Shown piece after piece: positions 63,980 through 64,000 of a DNA stretch of 64,000 bases. Source of the stretch: an uncultured cyanobacterium (lineage in GTDB: Bacteria; Cyanobacteriota; Cyanobacteriia; Cyanobacteriales; Cyanobacteriaceae); assembly GCA_963710605.1 (NCBI GenBank), contig CAVQBA010000006.1, forward strand, positions 832,001 through 896,000. The letters run 5' to 3'. Within the stretch, counting starts at the first letter, position 1; each line of letters starts with the position of its first letter. A model generated the notes under the pieces. The model ran no database searches, had not been told where the DNA came from, and saw only the letters and a program-made list of their open reading frames with translations. A program made the position numbers and the translations under genes.

Positions 63980-64000
63980 ATGAAAATTGCTGTTATTGCA
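63980..64000 (+). CDS. Possible start of a gene continuing beyond the window (MKIAVIA...)
   Basis: ATG followed by a Rossmann/GT-B-like first strand; only 7 codons visible. Confidence 0.4.

Overview
AT-rich cyanobacterial chromosome segment, resembling Cyanobacterium/Geminocystis (psbX, ycf54, ycf66, abundant CGATCG/HIP1 sites). Housekeeping genes (glgB end, pdxJ, folB, sat, purK, trpB, recN, dnaJ-like, mutL, tRNA-fMet, tRNA-Gly) surround several accessory blocks. (1) An apparently intact IS200/IS605 element with tnpA and tnpB at 7.7-9.6 kb. (2) A ~22 kb block after tRNA-Gly. It holds a T4-like Rnl1+Pnk RNA-repair pair and a ~4,790-codon adhesin/Rhs gene whose vWA domain is split by a circularly permuted array of PPC-like repeats. 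It also holds a cassette-like array of RelE/YafQ-type toxin-antitoxin pairs bounded by GTACGATCG and interleaved with 320-410 bp palindrome-rich repeats and a DUF559 nuclease. (3) A defence/conflict cluster at 49-56 kb: macro domain, M.HhaI-like methylase plus frameshifted HinP1I-like endonuclease, SMI1/KNR4, and a decayed addiction module. Six single-point frame disruptions, one in sat, suggest residual consensus errors, so all pseudogene calls are provisional. All family assignments come from motif recognition by eye; no database searches were run.
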